A DNA stretch of 59,268 nucleotides from an uncultured Bdellovibrionales bacterium (GTDB lineage Bacteria > Patescibacteriota > Minisyncoccia > Moranbacterales > GWC2-37-73). The notes below the pieces were generated by a model that was given only the letters and a program-made list of their open reading frames with translations, did no database searches and was not told the origin of the DNA. Shown here piece by piece: positions 49,649-59,268 of this stretch. Within the stretch, counting starts at the first letter, position 1. Every line of letters begins with the position of its first letter. A program made the position numbers and the translations under genes. The stretch covers positions 1-59,268 of the forward strand of contig CAYVME010000002.1 of NCBI GenBank assembly GCA_964452415.1. The letters are read 5' to 3'.

Positions 49649-50179
49649 ATGATGTCAAAAATCTCAAAAGTTTCATTGGTTGTGTTTGTGGTGTTGCTCA
49701 TCGGCTTGAGTTTCTGGGGAGTTTCCATCTTTAAAGATCGAAACTCAACTTCCCCATCAAGCCAAAATTCCGAAGATCAATCTGATTCATCAACTGAAGA
49801 ATCAGGCGATGATCAAAAAACGGATGCTTCTCTGGACGAAGTTGACTCAGACAGCGAAGATGGAGCAGTTTCTGAGCCTGTGGGTGGCCTTTTGGATGTG
49901 AGCGAGAAAGAATGCAACGATCAATGCAAATCATTCGAGAATGATCCAGAGGATTTGAAATATTGCCGTGAAGTCTGCGGTCTTGCTCTGCCAAATCCGA
50001 TTGCCAACGGATGTGATGCAATTGAGGATGATCTGGAAAAGGATTATTGCCTGAAAGATTTGGCCATAAAAAAGAATGAAATGAAAATATGTGATCAAAT
50101 CGCGGATTCAAACATCAAAAAAACCTGTCGCAACAGGATTCTTGAAGACATTGTCGACAAACAAATGCTGGAGCAATAA
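49649..50179 (+). CDS. Membrane-anchored acidic, Cys-rich protein (hypothetical)
   Basis: 176-aa ORF with one TM helix, a D/E/S-rich linker and eight Cys in the C-terminal domain. Confidence 0.6.
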   Translation: MMSKISKVSLVVFVVLLIGLSFWGVSIFKDRNSTSPSSQNSEDQSDSSTEESGDDQKTDASLDEVDSDSEDGAVSEPVGGLLDVSEKECNDQCKSFENDPEDLKYCREVCGLALPNPIANGCDAIEDDLEKDYCLKDLAIKKNEMKICDQIADSNIKKTCRNRILEDIVDKQMLEQ

Positions 50180-50186
50180 CTCAAAA

Positions 50187-51179
50187 ATGAATATGAAAAT
50201 ATTAGTAACTGGCGGAGCTGGATATATAGGAAGTCACACAGTGCGAAAATTAAAACAAGCAAATCACGATGTGGTCATTTTCGACAACCTTTCTTCTGGA
50301 CATAAGGATGCCATCAAAGGCTTCGAACTTTTTATTGGAGACCTTGCAAACAAGCAAGATTTGGAAAAAGTTTTCAGTGAAAACAAATTTGACGCAGTTG
50401 TTCACTTTGCAGGATCAATTGAAGCAGGAGAATCAATGACTGATCCCAAGAGATTTTTTGACAACAACTTAGTCTGTGGTCTCAATCTTTTAGAGGCAAT
50501 GCTTATTCATGATGTGAAAAAAATTGTCTTTTCCTCCACTGCCGCAGTGTACGGCGAGCCAGAAACAATGCCGATCACCGAGGACACGCCAAAAAATCCA
50601 ACGAATGTGTATGGCCTGACCAAATTGATGTTTGAACAGGTTTTGGATGCCTATGACAATGCTTATGGCCTCAAATCAGTGTGTCTTCGCTATTTCAATG
50701 CCACTGGGGCTGACCCATCGGGAGAAATTGGACCTGATCACAAAAACAAAACGCATCTTCTCACACTCACACTTTTGACCGCTCTTGGAAAACGAGATTC
50801 AATCAAAATCTTTGGCACTGACTACTCGACTCCAGATGGAACTGGCGTCAGAGACTATGTGCATGTCAACGACCTGGCTGATGCTCATGTTCTTGCTCTG
50901 GATTTTCTTAAAAAAAACAACGCTTCAGACAAATTCAATCTTGGAAATAATAAAGGAATTTCAGTAAGGGAAGTTATTGAAATGTCCAAAAAAATCACGG
51001 GTGCTTATTTCAAGGTTATCGAAGAACCAAGGCGTGCTGGAGACCCAGCAAACCTTTTGGCCAGCTCGCAAAAAGCCCATACTATTTTAGATTGGCATCC
51101 AAAATTTGACACCATGGAACAGATCATCCAAACCGCTTGGAATTGGCACAAGAAAAATCCAGACGGTTTTGAGAAATGA
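50187..51179 (+). CDS. galE: UDP-glucose 4-epimerase
   Basis: ILVTGGAGYIGSH, the YxxxK motif (NVYGLTK), and a GalE-like sequence throughout. I trimmed the start to ATG 50187, after the upstream stop. Confidence 0.9.
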   Translation: MNMKILVTGGAGYIGSHTVRKLKQANHDVVIFDNLSSGHKDAIKGFELFIGDLANKQDLEKVFSENKFDAVVHFAGSIEAGESMTDPKRFFDNNLVCGLNLLEAMLIHDVKKIVFSSTAAVYGEPETMPITEDTPKNPTNVYGLTKLMFEQVLDAYDNAYGLKSVCLRYFNATGADPSGEIGPDHKNKTHLLTLTLLTALGKRDSIKIFGTDYSTPDGTGVRDYVHVNDLADAHVLALDFLKKNNASDKFNLGNNKGISVREVIEMSKKITGAYFKVIEEPRRAGDPANLLASSQKAHTILDWHPKFDTMEQIIQTAWNWHKKNPDGFEK

Positions 51180-51224
51180 ATACTGAGAATAGAAGGTTTT
51201 GCTATTAATCAAAAGCTAAAGAAA

Positions 51225-52385
51225 TTATTGATTAGTTTCATTTATAATTCTTTCCAATGCTTCACTTGACCTGTCCCAACTCCAATTCTTAACTGTTGCG
51301 TATCCCTCATTGATAAGCTTATTCCGAAGCTCAATATCCTCTGTTAATCGCTGAATTGCTTTTTTTGCACCCTCAATATCTTCTTGCTCAATCACAAGTG
51401 CATTTTCTCCATCTTCAATATATTCATCGAAGCCAGTAACTTTTCCAACCACCACCGCGCAACCACATGCCATTGCCTCCATGGGTGGCCCAAAGAAACC
51501 TTCAATCCTGCTCATTTTCAAAAAAACATCACACGATGAATAAATTTTTGACATTTCCCCATAGGGAACATTTTCAAAAAATCTATCAAATCTCCAATCT
51601 TTTTTGGGCTTCCCATTATTACTCACAATCCAAAGCTCACAATCCAAATCCTTCGCAGCGTCATACGCATCATCCATACCCTTATATGAAACATCTATTG
51701 CACCCTCAATCAAGACGCGAGGCCTTTTTGTTTTTGCAACCATCGGTTCGGTATTTTTAAAAACTTCCAAGTCAATTCCATTTGGCACATAATGTGCATC
51801 TTGACCAAATTCGTCTTTGAGCCAAGCCTGAATCCATTTAGCTTCTGTCATATACTCCATCTTTAAAGCATATGTCCTTTTGATAATTTCACACAGGCCA
51901 TTATTTCCTGGGAAAAATCGACTTTCATCTGACTGCACAAAATATATCTTTCGCCGAGCCTTTGCCATATCAACCGTAAATGCCGTACTGTATGCCGTGG
52001 CTATAAGAATATCCACCTCTCCACTTTGAAGCACTTTTTTCGTTTTTCTATATGGAAATATTTCAACTTTTTGATTCGGAAACCAGCTCCCATCATTATC
52101 ATTACTAAGTGATAATATTTTTACATCATACCCGTCATCCTTCAATCTATTTGCATGTTGAAAAATAACAGCAATTCCACCAGAAATTGAAACCCCTGGA
52201 ACCAAATAATAAATTTTTTGCTCCTTGCCATTTTTTCTATTTATAAAATTTTCATCTAAAAGCCTCTCCTCATTAAACTTCTTCCATCTTTTAAATTCAA
52301 TATTAAAAGAAAAAAAGTTCTTAAATGTTTTATCGTCAAGAAAAAAAATAATACTTTTACTAATTTTTTTTATAAAAATTTTCAT
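51225..52385 (-). CDS. GT4-like (GT-B fold) glycosyltransferase
   Basis: EX7E-like region IEGFFGPPMEAMACGCAVVV. I trimmed the start to ATG 52385, 2 nt after the upstream stop. Confidence 0.75.
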   Translation of the reverse strand: MKIFIKKISKSIIFFLDDKTFKNFFSFNIEFKRWKKFNEERLLDENFINRKNGKEQKIYYLVPGVSISGGIAVIFQHANRLKDDGYDVKILSLSNDNDGSWFPNQKVEIFPYRKTKKVLQSGEVDILIATAYSTAFTVDMAKARRKIYFVQSDESRFFPGNNGLCEIIKRTYALKMEYMTEAKWIQAWLKDEFGQDAHYVPNGIDLEVFKNTEPMVAKTKRPRVLIEGAIDVSYKGMDDAYDAAKDLDCELWIVSNNGKPKKDWRFDRFFENVPYGEMSKIYSSCDVFLKMSRIEGFFGPPMEAMACGCAVVVGKVTGFDEYIEDGENALVIEQEDIEGAKKAIQRLTEDIELRNKLINEGYATVKNWSWDRSSEALERIINETNQ

Positions 52386-52387
52386 CC

Positions 52388-53803
52388 CTATTTTTTTTTC
52401 AATGAAGGAAATATTTCCATAAATCGGGTTTTTAACTGATCCTGATTTGCATTTGATTTCAACAATTCTTCGAAATCTGCGATGACATTTACTATGTTCA
52501 TTGGGCATTCTTCGTGATTCTTCAATTGAAACACATTATCAATCTCAGTTTTAATCAAATTTCCCATCTCTTTTTCGGTAAATAATTCTTCAATCATTTT
52601 TTCACCTTCCTTCAAGCCAATGATATTAATCTTAACATCTTCTTCAGGAATCAGATTTTTAGTTCGAATTAAGCACAAAGCTGTTTCATAGATATTAATA
52701 AGCTCCCCCATATCGAGGATATAAATTTCACCATGATTATCCCGTGCAACACTTGTCACAACAAGCTGAGCAGCTTCACGGATAGACATGAAAAAACGCC
52801 TCACTTCCTTGTGCGTCACCGTAATTAGCCGGTTTTCAGCAATCTGACGCTCAAACAGAGGAAGGACTGATCCGTTTGAATTGATAACATTTCCAAATCG
52901 CACAATGTTAAATTTGGTTTTTGACTCTCCAATACATTTAATGTAATATTCTGCCAATTTTTTTGTTGAACCCATTATGCTGGTTGGATTCACAACCTTG
53001 TCAGTTGAAATGAAAATAAAATTCTTTATCTCATTTTCAATAGCTGCATCGACAACATTTCTTGTTCCAATAACATTATTCAAGACAGCTTCATCAATGT
53101 TGTCCTCCATCAGGTATACATGCTTATAGGCGGCCGCATGAAAAACAAAATCTGGTTGTTCCTCCTTGATGATTCTGCTCATTTTTTCCTTATTGAGAAT
53201 ACTGCCAATGACAAGTCTGTATTTTTCCCTTGAAACAGCTTTTTCTTTCAAATTTTGATCAATATTGAAAATCAAATATTCCGAATTATCATACACAATA
53301 ACTTTTTTCACACCAAGATCAAAAAGCTGACGGACAATTTCTGAGCCAATTGATCCTGCGCCTCCGGTTATAAAAGCAGTTTTATTTTTATAAAAATCCT
53401 TAAGCTTTTCAACATTTTGCTTCAAAAATGGCCTTCCAAGAAAGTCCTCAAGGGCAAAGTCCTTAACATCTGAATACTTAACATCATTTTGTCCAATAAC
53501 ATGCTGAGAGCGTGGCACGAGCCTGATTTGAGTTCTGTTTTTTAAGCTATTCAGCAATATTTTCCTCATTAATTCTCCATTTGCTGATGGTATAGCAATA
53601 ATTATTTCATCAATTTTATAAATTTTATTTAATTTTGACAGCTCCTCAATCTTGCCAATGACATCAAGGCCCTCTTCTGTTGATTCTTGGTCATCAACAA
53701 AACCGATGATTTTAGCATCGGACACATTTTTTTCAATATCTTCTTTCAATAATTTACCCGCAATTCCAGCACCAATTATTAATATATTTCTGTATTCACT
53801 CAT
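52388..53803 (-). CDS. CapD/PglF/WbpM-type NDP-sugar 4,6-dehydratase (polysaccharide biosynthesis protein), soluble form
   Basis: 471-aa ORF with an N-terminal Rossmann-like domain (ILIIGAGIAGKLL) and a second Rossmann motif (FITGGAGSIGSEI). It is CapD-like throughout, and no TM helices are seen. Confidence 0.8.
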   Translation of the reverse strand: MSEYRNILIIGAGIAGKLLKEDIEKNVSDAKIIGFVDDQESTEEGLDVIGKIEELSKLNKIYKIDEIIIAIPSANGELMRKILLNSLKNRTQIRLVPRSQHVIGQNDVKYSDVKDFALEDFLGRPFLKQNVEKLKDFYKNKTAFITGGAGSIGSEIVRQLFDLGVKKVIVYDNSEYLIFNIDQNLKEKAVSREKYRLVIGSILNKEKMSRIIKEEQPDFVFHAAAYKHVYLMEDNIDEAVLNNVIGTRNVVDAAIENEIKNFIFISTDKVVNPTSIMGSTKKLAEYYIKCIGESKTKFNIVRFGNVINSNGSVLPLFERQIAENRLITVTHKEVRRFFMSIREAAQLVVTSVARDNHGEIYILDMGELINIYETALCLIRTKNLIPEEDVKINIIGLKEGEKMIEELFTEKEMGNLIKTEIDNVFQLKNHEECPMNIVNVIADFEELLKSNANQDQLKTRFMEIFPSLKKK

Positions 53804-53804
53804 G

Positions 53805-54647
53805 TTATTTTTTGTTCTGATTAATAATGTACATATTATTTCTATAAAAATCCAATGTTTTCCTTAATCCTTCCTCTATTGGCGTAAGAATTATTTTCCC
53901 TATTAAATTATTTTTTGCTATTGGACAAACAACATCTTCCTTGTTTCCCTTATCATTTATCTTTATCTTTTCCATCACTACTTCATTTTCAATAATATCT
54001 ATCAATTCTCCTACTTTTATAAGCTTTTCCGTGGCAAGATCAGTGCAACCAAAATAGCTATTGTCTATTGCATATTTTATGAATTTTACCATATCCGAAG
54101 CAAAAATGAAATCTCGCTCAGCACTCATGTCATTAATTTCAGTTGTTGCATCATCCAAATAATTCACCAATAAATTCGCAACCAGACTTCCCTGCTTGAA
54201 GGGAATTTGATATTCGCCATATATATTAAACAATCTAAATATGGTTAAATTTATGTTGTTTTTCTTACAATATGCTTTGCATGTTTCTTCCAGCAATATC
54301 TTCCTTTTTGCATATTCAGAATCTGGGTTTGCATAAATAACTGCAGATGAGAATAAGATGCAGTGTCCAGTGTCGACAAAAGTGATATTTTTAAGCAAAT
54401 TTAGCTCCTGCTGTTTGAAATCATCCTGTGCGGTTGCATTATCAATCAAATGGATAACGACATCGTATTCACCAGAAATCTTATCTTTGTAGGGATTTCC
54501 TTCCATGAATTCATCCTTACGCTCAATAAAAGGTGATTTTTCAATACCCAATGAAAAACAATCATTTTCAATCGAAAGGTGTTTGGCGATGTTTCTGCCG
54601 ATAAAGCCCTCGCCTCCCAAAATCAAAATTTTCTTTCTATTATTCAT
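53805..54647 (-). CDS. NAD-dependent epimerase/dehydratase (extended SDR)
   Basis: KILILGGEGFIGRNI and the YxxxK motif (EYAKRK). The ATG at 54647 overlaps the upstream stop (ATGAATAA). Confidence 0.75.
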   Translation of the reverse strand: MNNRKKILILGGEGFIGRNIAKHLSIENDCFSLGIEKSPFIERKDEFMEGNPYKDKISGEYDVVIHLIDNATAQDDFKQQELNLLKNITFVDTGHCILFSSAVIYANPDSEYAKRKILLEETCKAYCKKNNINLTIFRLFNIYGEYQIPFKQGSLVANLLVNYLDDATTEINDMSAERDFIFASDMVKFIKYAIDNSYFGCTDLATEKLIKVGELIDIIENEVVMEKIKINDKGNKEDVVCPIAKNNLIGKIILTPIEEGLRKTLDFYRNNMYIINQNKK

Positions 54648-56715
54648 TAACGCTTTTATACAAATTTTTATATTTTTCCGCAAGCACTTCAATGGAAAAG
54701 TTTTCCTCGACTGATTTTCTGGCATTTTTGGAAATATTTTTCAATGTTTCTTTTTGTGATATTGCAAATTCAATTTTTTCAGCAAGCTCTTCTGAAGAAT
54801 TGGGCTGCATTAAAAATCCCGTCTCCCCATCCTTTATTGCATCGCTAACACCACCAACATCTGAAGCAATCACGCAAACTCCCATAGACATCGCTTCCAC
54901 ATTTGAAAGAGGGAAACCTTCAGCACTTGAGGGCAAAACAAAAATATCAGCTGTGCTCAAGAATCGAGGAATATCTATTTGGTAACCAAGGAAAGCGAGA
55001 TTAGGATTATCAAATGCGTTTATTGATTTCTCAATTTCCATACGCATTGGACCATCGCCAATAACAAAAAATTTTACATTTGATTGATTTGCCAAAACCT
55101 TTTTTGCAGCTTCAACAAAAACATCAGGATTTTTCTCTGGTGAAAGCCTGCCGATGAAATACACTGCAAATTCATCTTCTTTTATGTTTAACTTGGTTCT
55201 CTCCGAAGATCTGTCGTATGTAGCAGGATTAAATTTCACACTGCAATCAATACCATTACATATAACCACCTTCTTTACATTATTTATTTTGGCCTGATTT
55301 TCATAGGCATTCAAAACTTTTGTGTTGTCAGTGGTGAAAACATCAATGAAATCTCCACATTCTATTGAATTTGAAAAATGATCTGCAATAACATTAAACA
55401 CCGTACTTATGACTTTTACCCGTGGAAATTCTCGTTTAATTTCTGGCAACATTTCATAAAAACTGCTGTTGTGAACAATGTGAATGACATCTATTTTCTT
55501 ACTCCTGATATAGTTTTTCATAAATTCCAAATACTCTTCCTCCCTTTGAAATAAATTGGGTAGATGATAAATATTTCCAGTAATTTCCTTGAATTTATAC
55601 TCCCACTCATTTTGACTTTTCAAGCTTGTTATTATTGAAAAGTTAAAATCATTTTTTAATCTTGAGCAGTAATTATATACCAGCGTTTCCGCGCCACCAA
55701 AAGTAAGCCAGGGCATCAAAATAAGAATCTGTCTATTACCTTCAAATTCAGTATTTGATTCTCCATAAATATTTAGATATGGATTTAAAACCTTTATTTG
55801 AGAATGTATATTTTTTTGAATTTCATTCGCAACTTTATCATTTTTAAAAAAATCTTTTCTATCATTCTTTAAATCCAGCAGCTTTTTGTTAAATCCTGAT
55901 TTATGAATGGCGCTAAGTGAATTTTTATGTATTCTATATTTAATTAATGTTTCTTTTATAGCAATACCACCAAATCCGCTCCTTACCATATCAATCCAAA
56001 AAACCCAATCCTCGAAAAAACCGTTATACTGACTCAAGAAACCTTCTCCATTCAATTTAACAACAGATTGCCATGCCTCTTTCCTTATTACGCTATGTGA
56101 AGATGCAACATTTTCATCTCTCATTAAAAATACATCTAGATCCTGCGTTTTCCATATAGAATCATTATCGCCAAAACATTGAAGCCAGCTATAAACACAT
56201 CCGAGATTTTCATCTGCTTCCAATTTCAATAATGCCTTTTCGATATATGTAGGATCCATTATGTCATCCGCATCCAAATAGCACACATATTTACCCCTGG
56301 CAACTTTAGCTCCATTATTTCTAGTCCTTGCTAAGCCCTGGTTTGCCTGATGAATAACTATTGTTCTTGGATAATTTAATGTGTTTAAAACATCTACGGT
56401 ATTTTTATCGGTAGAACCGTCATTAATAATAACAATTTCAATGTTTTTAAAAGTTTGGTTTATTGCAGACTCCAAGGCCTCTTTGACGAAGTTGCCATAA
56501 TTATAGCAAGGTATGATTATCGAAACTAATGGAATACTTTGTGGCCACCTCTCTTGCTTTACCATGTCTATAATTGTCTGTGATTTTAATACTTGTGATT
56601 TTTTTTTAAAATTATTCCTAATAAATTTAAAAATTCTTTTAAGCAAAACAAAAAAACCATCTCTTTTAAAAATTACAGAGACAATTCTCACGAAATATAT
56701 GAACTTATTTACCAT
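54640..56715 (-). CDS. Bifunctional glycosyltransferase (N-terminal GT2 plus C-terminal GT4)
   Basis: 691-aa ORF. The GT2 part has VSIIIPCYNYGNFVKEALESAINQTF, NDGSTD and LDADD. The GT4 part has AEGFPLSNVEAMSMGVCVIASDVGG. Confidence 0.8.
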   Translation of the reverse strand: MVNKFIYFVRIVSVIFKRDGFFVLLKRIFKFIRNNFKKKSQVLKSQTIIDMVKQERWPQSIPLVSIIIPCYNYGNFVKEALESAINQTFKNIEIVIINDGSTDKNTVDVLNTLNYPRTIVIHQANQGLARTRNNGAKVARGKYVCYLDADDIMDPTYIEKALLKLEADENLGCVYSWLQCFGDNDSIWKTQDLDVFLMRDENVASSHSVIRKEAWQSVVKLNGEGFLSQYNGFFEDWVFWIDMVRSGFGGIAIKETLIKYRIHKNSLSAIHKSGFNKKLLDLKNDRKDFFKNDKVANEIQKNIHSQIKVLNPYLNIYGESNTEFEGNRQILILMPWLTFGGAETLVYNYCSRLKNDFNFSIITSLKSQNEWEYKFKEITGNIYHLPNLFQREEEYLEFMKNYIRSKKIDVIHIVHNSSFYEMLPEIKREFPRVKVISTVFNVIADHFSNSIECGDFIDVFTTDNTKVLNAYENQAKINNVKKVVICNGIDCSVKFNPATYDRSSERTKLNIKEDEFAVYFIGRLSPEKNPDVFVEAAKKVLANQSNVKFFVIGDGPMRMEIEKSINAFDNPNLAFLGYQIDIPRFLSTADIFVLPSSAEGFPLSNVEAMSMGVCVIASDVGGVSDAIKDGETGFLMQPNSSEELAEKIEFAISQKETLKNISKNARKSVEENFSIEVLAEKYKNLYKSVNE

Positions 56716-56729
56716 AAATATTTATTGAA

Positions 56730-57860
56730 TTATTTATTTGCATCAGCCTTTAGCATGCATCTTATCTTATTAACAAATAAAATATTACATGTTTTTAATT
56801 TAAATAATTCTATAACAGTATTAAAATATTTTCCTAACGAGAAATGTAGTGCTTCATGCAACATTTCGAATCCAAATTTGTTAATATTTGTCACTTTGAA
56901 GATTGCTCTATCGCCGAATAAATTTTCAATTCCGCTAAATTTTTCCTTATAATACTCACTTTCATATATGGCAATACTAGGTACAAGTGAATACAAAGAT
57001 GCAAGAACAGCATGGTAACTAGTAGTTATAACCAAATCATTTTTTCTCACAATTTTAACTAACTCTTTGTAATTCTTGGGTCTTTGATGAAATTTAATGT
57101 CTTTAATTCCAAATTCTAAAAGCATGCTTCGTATATCGCCTTCTTCTGTTACATGTTGATTTTCTAGCATACTAAAAAAACAAATTGAATATTCACTATT
57201 TTTTTCAAACACAGTTCGTAAAAAATCGAGATATTTTACTCTTTCCACACCAACAAAATCCGCAATTCTTAGATTGATTGCAACTCTCATTTTTTTTCTA
57301 AAAATTTTTCTTACAATTAAAGAATGGATAAGGTTTGCAATAAATTTTATTTTATCAAATAAGAAAATTGAATCATCAAAAGAAAATTGTTTTGCATTGA
57401 AATTGTTTAGAAGCAGTAAATCTCTGACTCCAAAAATACTAGCATCATTAATTATTTTTAGCATATCTTCTCTTTTTTCATTTGAAAAAGGACCAAGACC
57501 TTGTCCAGAGAAAATAATCCCGTCCTTAGAAAATCCATTTTTTGAAATCATTTTATAAAACCAAATTTTTTCCTCAAACCAATGATCATTTAAATATCCC
57601 CCTCCATAATAATGAACGAGAACAATAGAACTAAGATCTATATTCATCGCATTAAAGCTTGCCTCGTTATCGGAAACATAGATAAAACCGTCTTGTTTTT
57701 CTTTATCAATATTGGCCTTTAAAATAATGATCCTGTATTCGCAAAGGAACTTCCTGTAAAAAGATTTTACAGCGTCCAATATAAATTCATCTCCAAGATT
57801 TCCATATCCCCCATCACTACCTGTTAATATTATATATTTTTTTTTGTTATCATGTAACAT
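56730..57860 (-). CDS. Polysaccharide pyruvyl transferase family protein
   Basis: GGYGNLGDEFILDAV, YYGGGYLNDHW, GQGLGPF and TTSYHAVLASL resemble the pyruvyl-transferase family. I trimmed the start to ATG 57860. Confidence 0.6.
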   Translation of the reverse strand: MLHDNKKKYIILTGSDGGYGNLGDEFILDAVKSFYRKFLCEYRIIILKANIDKEKQDGFIYVSDNEASFNAMNIDLSSIVLVHYYGGGYLNDHWFEEKIWFYKMISKNGFSKDGIIFSGQGLGPFSNEKREDMLKIINDASIFGVRDLLLLNNFNAKQFSFDDSIFLFDKIKFIANLIHSLIVRKIFRKKMRVAINLRIADFVGVERVKYLDFLRTVFEKNSEYSICFFSMLENQHVTEEGDIRSMLLEFGIKDIKFHQRPKNYKELVKIVRKNDLVITTSYHAVLASLYSLVPSIAIYESEYYKEKFSGIENLFGDRAIFKVTNINKFGFEMLHEALHFSLGKYFNTVIELFKLKTCNILFVNKIRCMLKADANK

Positions 57861-57882
57861 ATTTATTATTAAAATGAACTTA

Positions 57883-59118
57883 TTATTTCCAAGAATGATC
57901 AATATTGGCCACACCTGGTGATTTTTCATGATTACTTAAAACATTGAAAAATATTTCTGATTTCCTACTGTCAAAAAAATCATAATAGCTATTCAAAACT
58001 GGATCCCCGTTAAATATACTAACCAAGATAAAGAACTCCCCCTGATTAAAAAAATCTCCTTGTAATTCGAGCTTTCTTATGTTTTTTCCTAGTTTCCAAT
58101 CATTTTTTATTTTTTCAAAAAAAGTATTAAAGCCAGCGATTCTACACCCGGATTCTTTTTCATATATACCAAGTCCCACGCCCATCTCTGGATCAACCTC
58201 ATTTACATCTATGAAAATATCAATCACGATAGTTTCTGAACAATTGAAAATTTGTGTTTTATTATTATTTACATTTTTTATGCAGATATTTTCAAAGTAA
58301 TTAGTTTTTTTATGGCTATTAATTTGCCTTTTATCTTTTTTGTCTTTCTTAGAATCTATTGCTGTTTTTTTTAAGTATTCAAAATTTGATTTTCCGTAAT
58401 GGAACGCTGCATCCTCAGCATCACTAATGAAATTAACATGTCCATTATCTAGAAGCAAAACTCTATTGCAGTACTTCCTGACAACCTCTATATCGTGAGA
58501 TACCAATATAACAGTTTTGCCCTGACTTTTGTACTTTTCAAACTCACCCAAGCATTTCCGCTGAAAATTTGAATCTCCCACAGCCAAAACCTCATCCATC
58601 AAAAGAATTTCGCGATTTGCATGGATTGAAACAGAAAAAGCCAACCGTACCTGCATTCCCGAAGAATAATTTTTGAGTTTTTGATCAATGAATCGTTCCA
58701 ATTCAGAAAATTGCACAATCGAGTCAAATTTTTTATCAATCTCTTTTTTGGTCATTCCCAGAACAGTTGCGTTGAGATACACATTGTCCCTTCCAGAGAG
58801 TTCAGGGTTGAAACCGATTCCCAGCTCCAAAAATGGAGAGATCATCCCGTCAATTTCAACACTTCCTTTGTCAACCTGATAAATTCCAGCCAGAATTTTG
58901 AGCAAAGTTGATTTTCCGCTTCCATTTCGTCCAATTATTCCAAAAAATTCACCTTTTTTCACTTCAAAAGAAACATCGTCAAGCGCCTTGAATTCTTCAA
59001 ACCCCTTGTTTCGAGAAAAAACAGAAACCGCAGCCCCTCTGAGTGAGGAGACTTTTTCATGGGGTATTTTGAATGTTTTTGACACATTCTTGACTGATAT
59101 TGCAATGTCTTTTTCCAT
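57883..59118 (-). CDS. wzt: Wzt/TagH-type polysaccharide-export ABC transporter ATP-binding protein with a C-terminal extension domain
   Basis: Walker A (GRNGSGKST), signature (YSSGMQVRLAF) and Walker B (ILLMDEVLAVGD), followed by a ~170-aa beta-rich C-terminal domain. Confidence 0.85.
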   Translation of the reverse strand: MEKDIAISVKNVSKTFKIPHEKVSSLRGAAVSVFSRNKGFEEFKALDDVSFEVKKGEFFGIIGRNGSGKSTLLKILAGIYQVDKGSVEIDGMISPFLELGIGFNPELSGRDNVYLNATVLGMTKKEIDKKFDSIVQFSELERFIDQKLKNYSSGMQVRLAFSVSIHANREILLMDEVLAVGDSNFQRKCLGEFEKYKSQGKTVILVSHDIEVVRKYCNRVLLLDNGHVNFISDAEDAAFHYGKSNFEYLKKTAIDSKKDKKDKRQINSHKKTNYFENICIKNVNNNKTQIFNCSETIVIDIFIDVNEVDPEMGVGLGIYEKESGCRIAGFNTFFEKIKNDWKLGKNIRKLELQGDFFNQGEFFILVSIFNGDPVLNSYYDFFDSRKSEIFFNVLSNHEKSPGVANIDHSWK

Positions 59119-59144
59119 CTAAATATTGTACTTATTTTCAGATT

Positions 59145-59178
59145 ATTTTCCACATTTCTTTTTCCGCAAAAGAAACCT
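59145..59178 (-). promoter_or_regulatory. 34-nt hairpin motif, copy 2
   Basis: An exact reverse complement of 45623-45656. On the minus strand it ends 26 nt upstream of the wzt ATG. Confidence 0.6.
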
Positions 59179-59268
59179 GGAGGAAAGAAAACTCCCGCAC
59201 GGAGAAATACGGCGACAAACTGCCAGTTCACTACGCTAAAATTTACACTGCGCGCTTCCGTCTGCTGA

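Noticed and set aside
59179-59268. A GC-rich stretch at the right edge (GGAGGAAAGAAAACTCCCGCACGGAGAAATACGGCGACAAACTGCC...), which could be a truncated structured RNA or the end of a minus-strand CDS (...SADGSAQCKF*).
   Set aside because: It is too short and is cut by the window edge. I could not match it convincingly to tRNA, SRP RNA, tmRNA or RNase P features, and only about 10 codons are visible.
1-59268. An alternative genetic code (UGA recoding, as in some candidate phyla), or the presence of rRNA or tRNA genes.
   Set aside because: Standard-code translation gives uninterrupted full-length family-typical proteins that end at TGA, TAA and TAG alike. I saw no tRNA-like T-arm or acceptor patterns and no rRNA-like conserved blocks.

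Overview
This is a 59.3-kb, gene-dense, low-GC bacterial segment (about one-third G+C by eye). It uses the standard genetic code, and I found no rRNA, tRNA or CRISPR array. Nearly every gene concerns cell-envelope glycan assembly:
- 8 GT4 and 2 GT2 glycosyltransferases, plus one GT2-GT4 fusion
- 3 GtrB/ArnC/Dpm1-like polyprenyl-phosphate sugar synthases
- 5 clear GT-C (ArnT/PMT-like) membrane glycosyltransferases in tandem paralog arrays, plus one further large polytopic protein
- 2 Wzy/O-antigen-ligase-like proteins, a Wzx flippase, a Wzt-type ABC ATPase and an LCP ligase
- nucleotide-sugar enzymes: Ugd, GalE, a WbpA/WecC-like dehydrogenase, a CapD-like dehydratase and an SDR epimerase
- 3 extracytoplasmic metallophosphoesterases

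The gene content and the peculiar short 'word' repeats in the intergenic regions resemble monoderm-type Candidate Phyla Radiation/Patescibacteria genomes. That placement is inference only.

The items most worth follow-up:
1. A divergent RtcB-like protein is translationally coupled to a GT4 upstream and a thymidylate-kinase-like P-loop protein downstream.
2. A roughly 50-aa module is shared between the N-termini of two membrane-anchored metallophosphoesterases and the C-termini of the adjacent GT-C paralogs.
3. A conserved, nested-hairpin intergenic element occurs three times in the wzy/GT4 operon, each copy closed by a different inverted repeat.
4. A duplicated divergent module pairs paralogous GT4 genes with small, GC-richer genes that each have a consensus promoter and their own terminator.
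5. An exact 34-nt hairpin motif sits upstream of two genes 13.5 kb apart.
6. A wHTH-phosphoribosyltransferase gene is bracketed by ~85-130-bp direct repeats and carries a perfect palindromic operator over its own promoter.

All calls come from reading the sequence and the ORF track. No database search was run.
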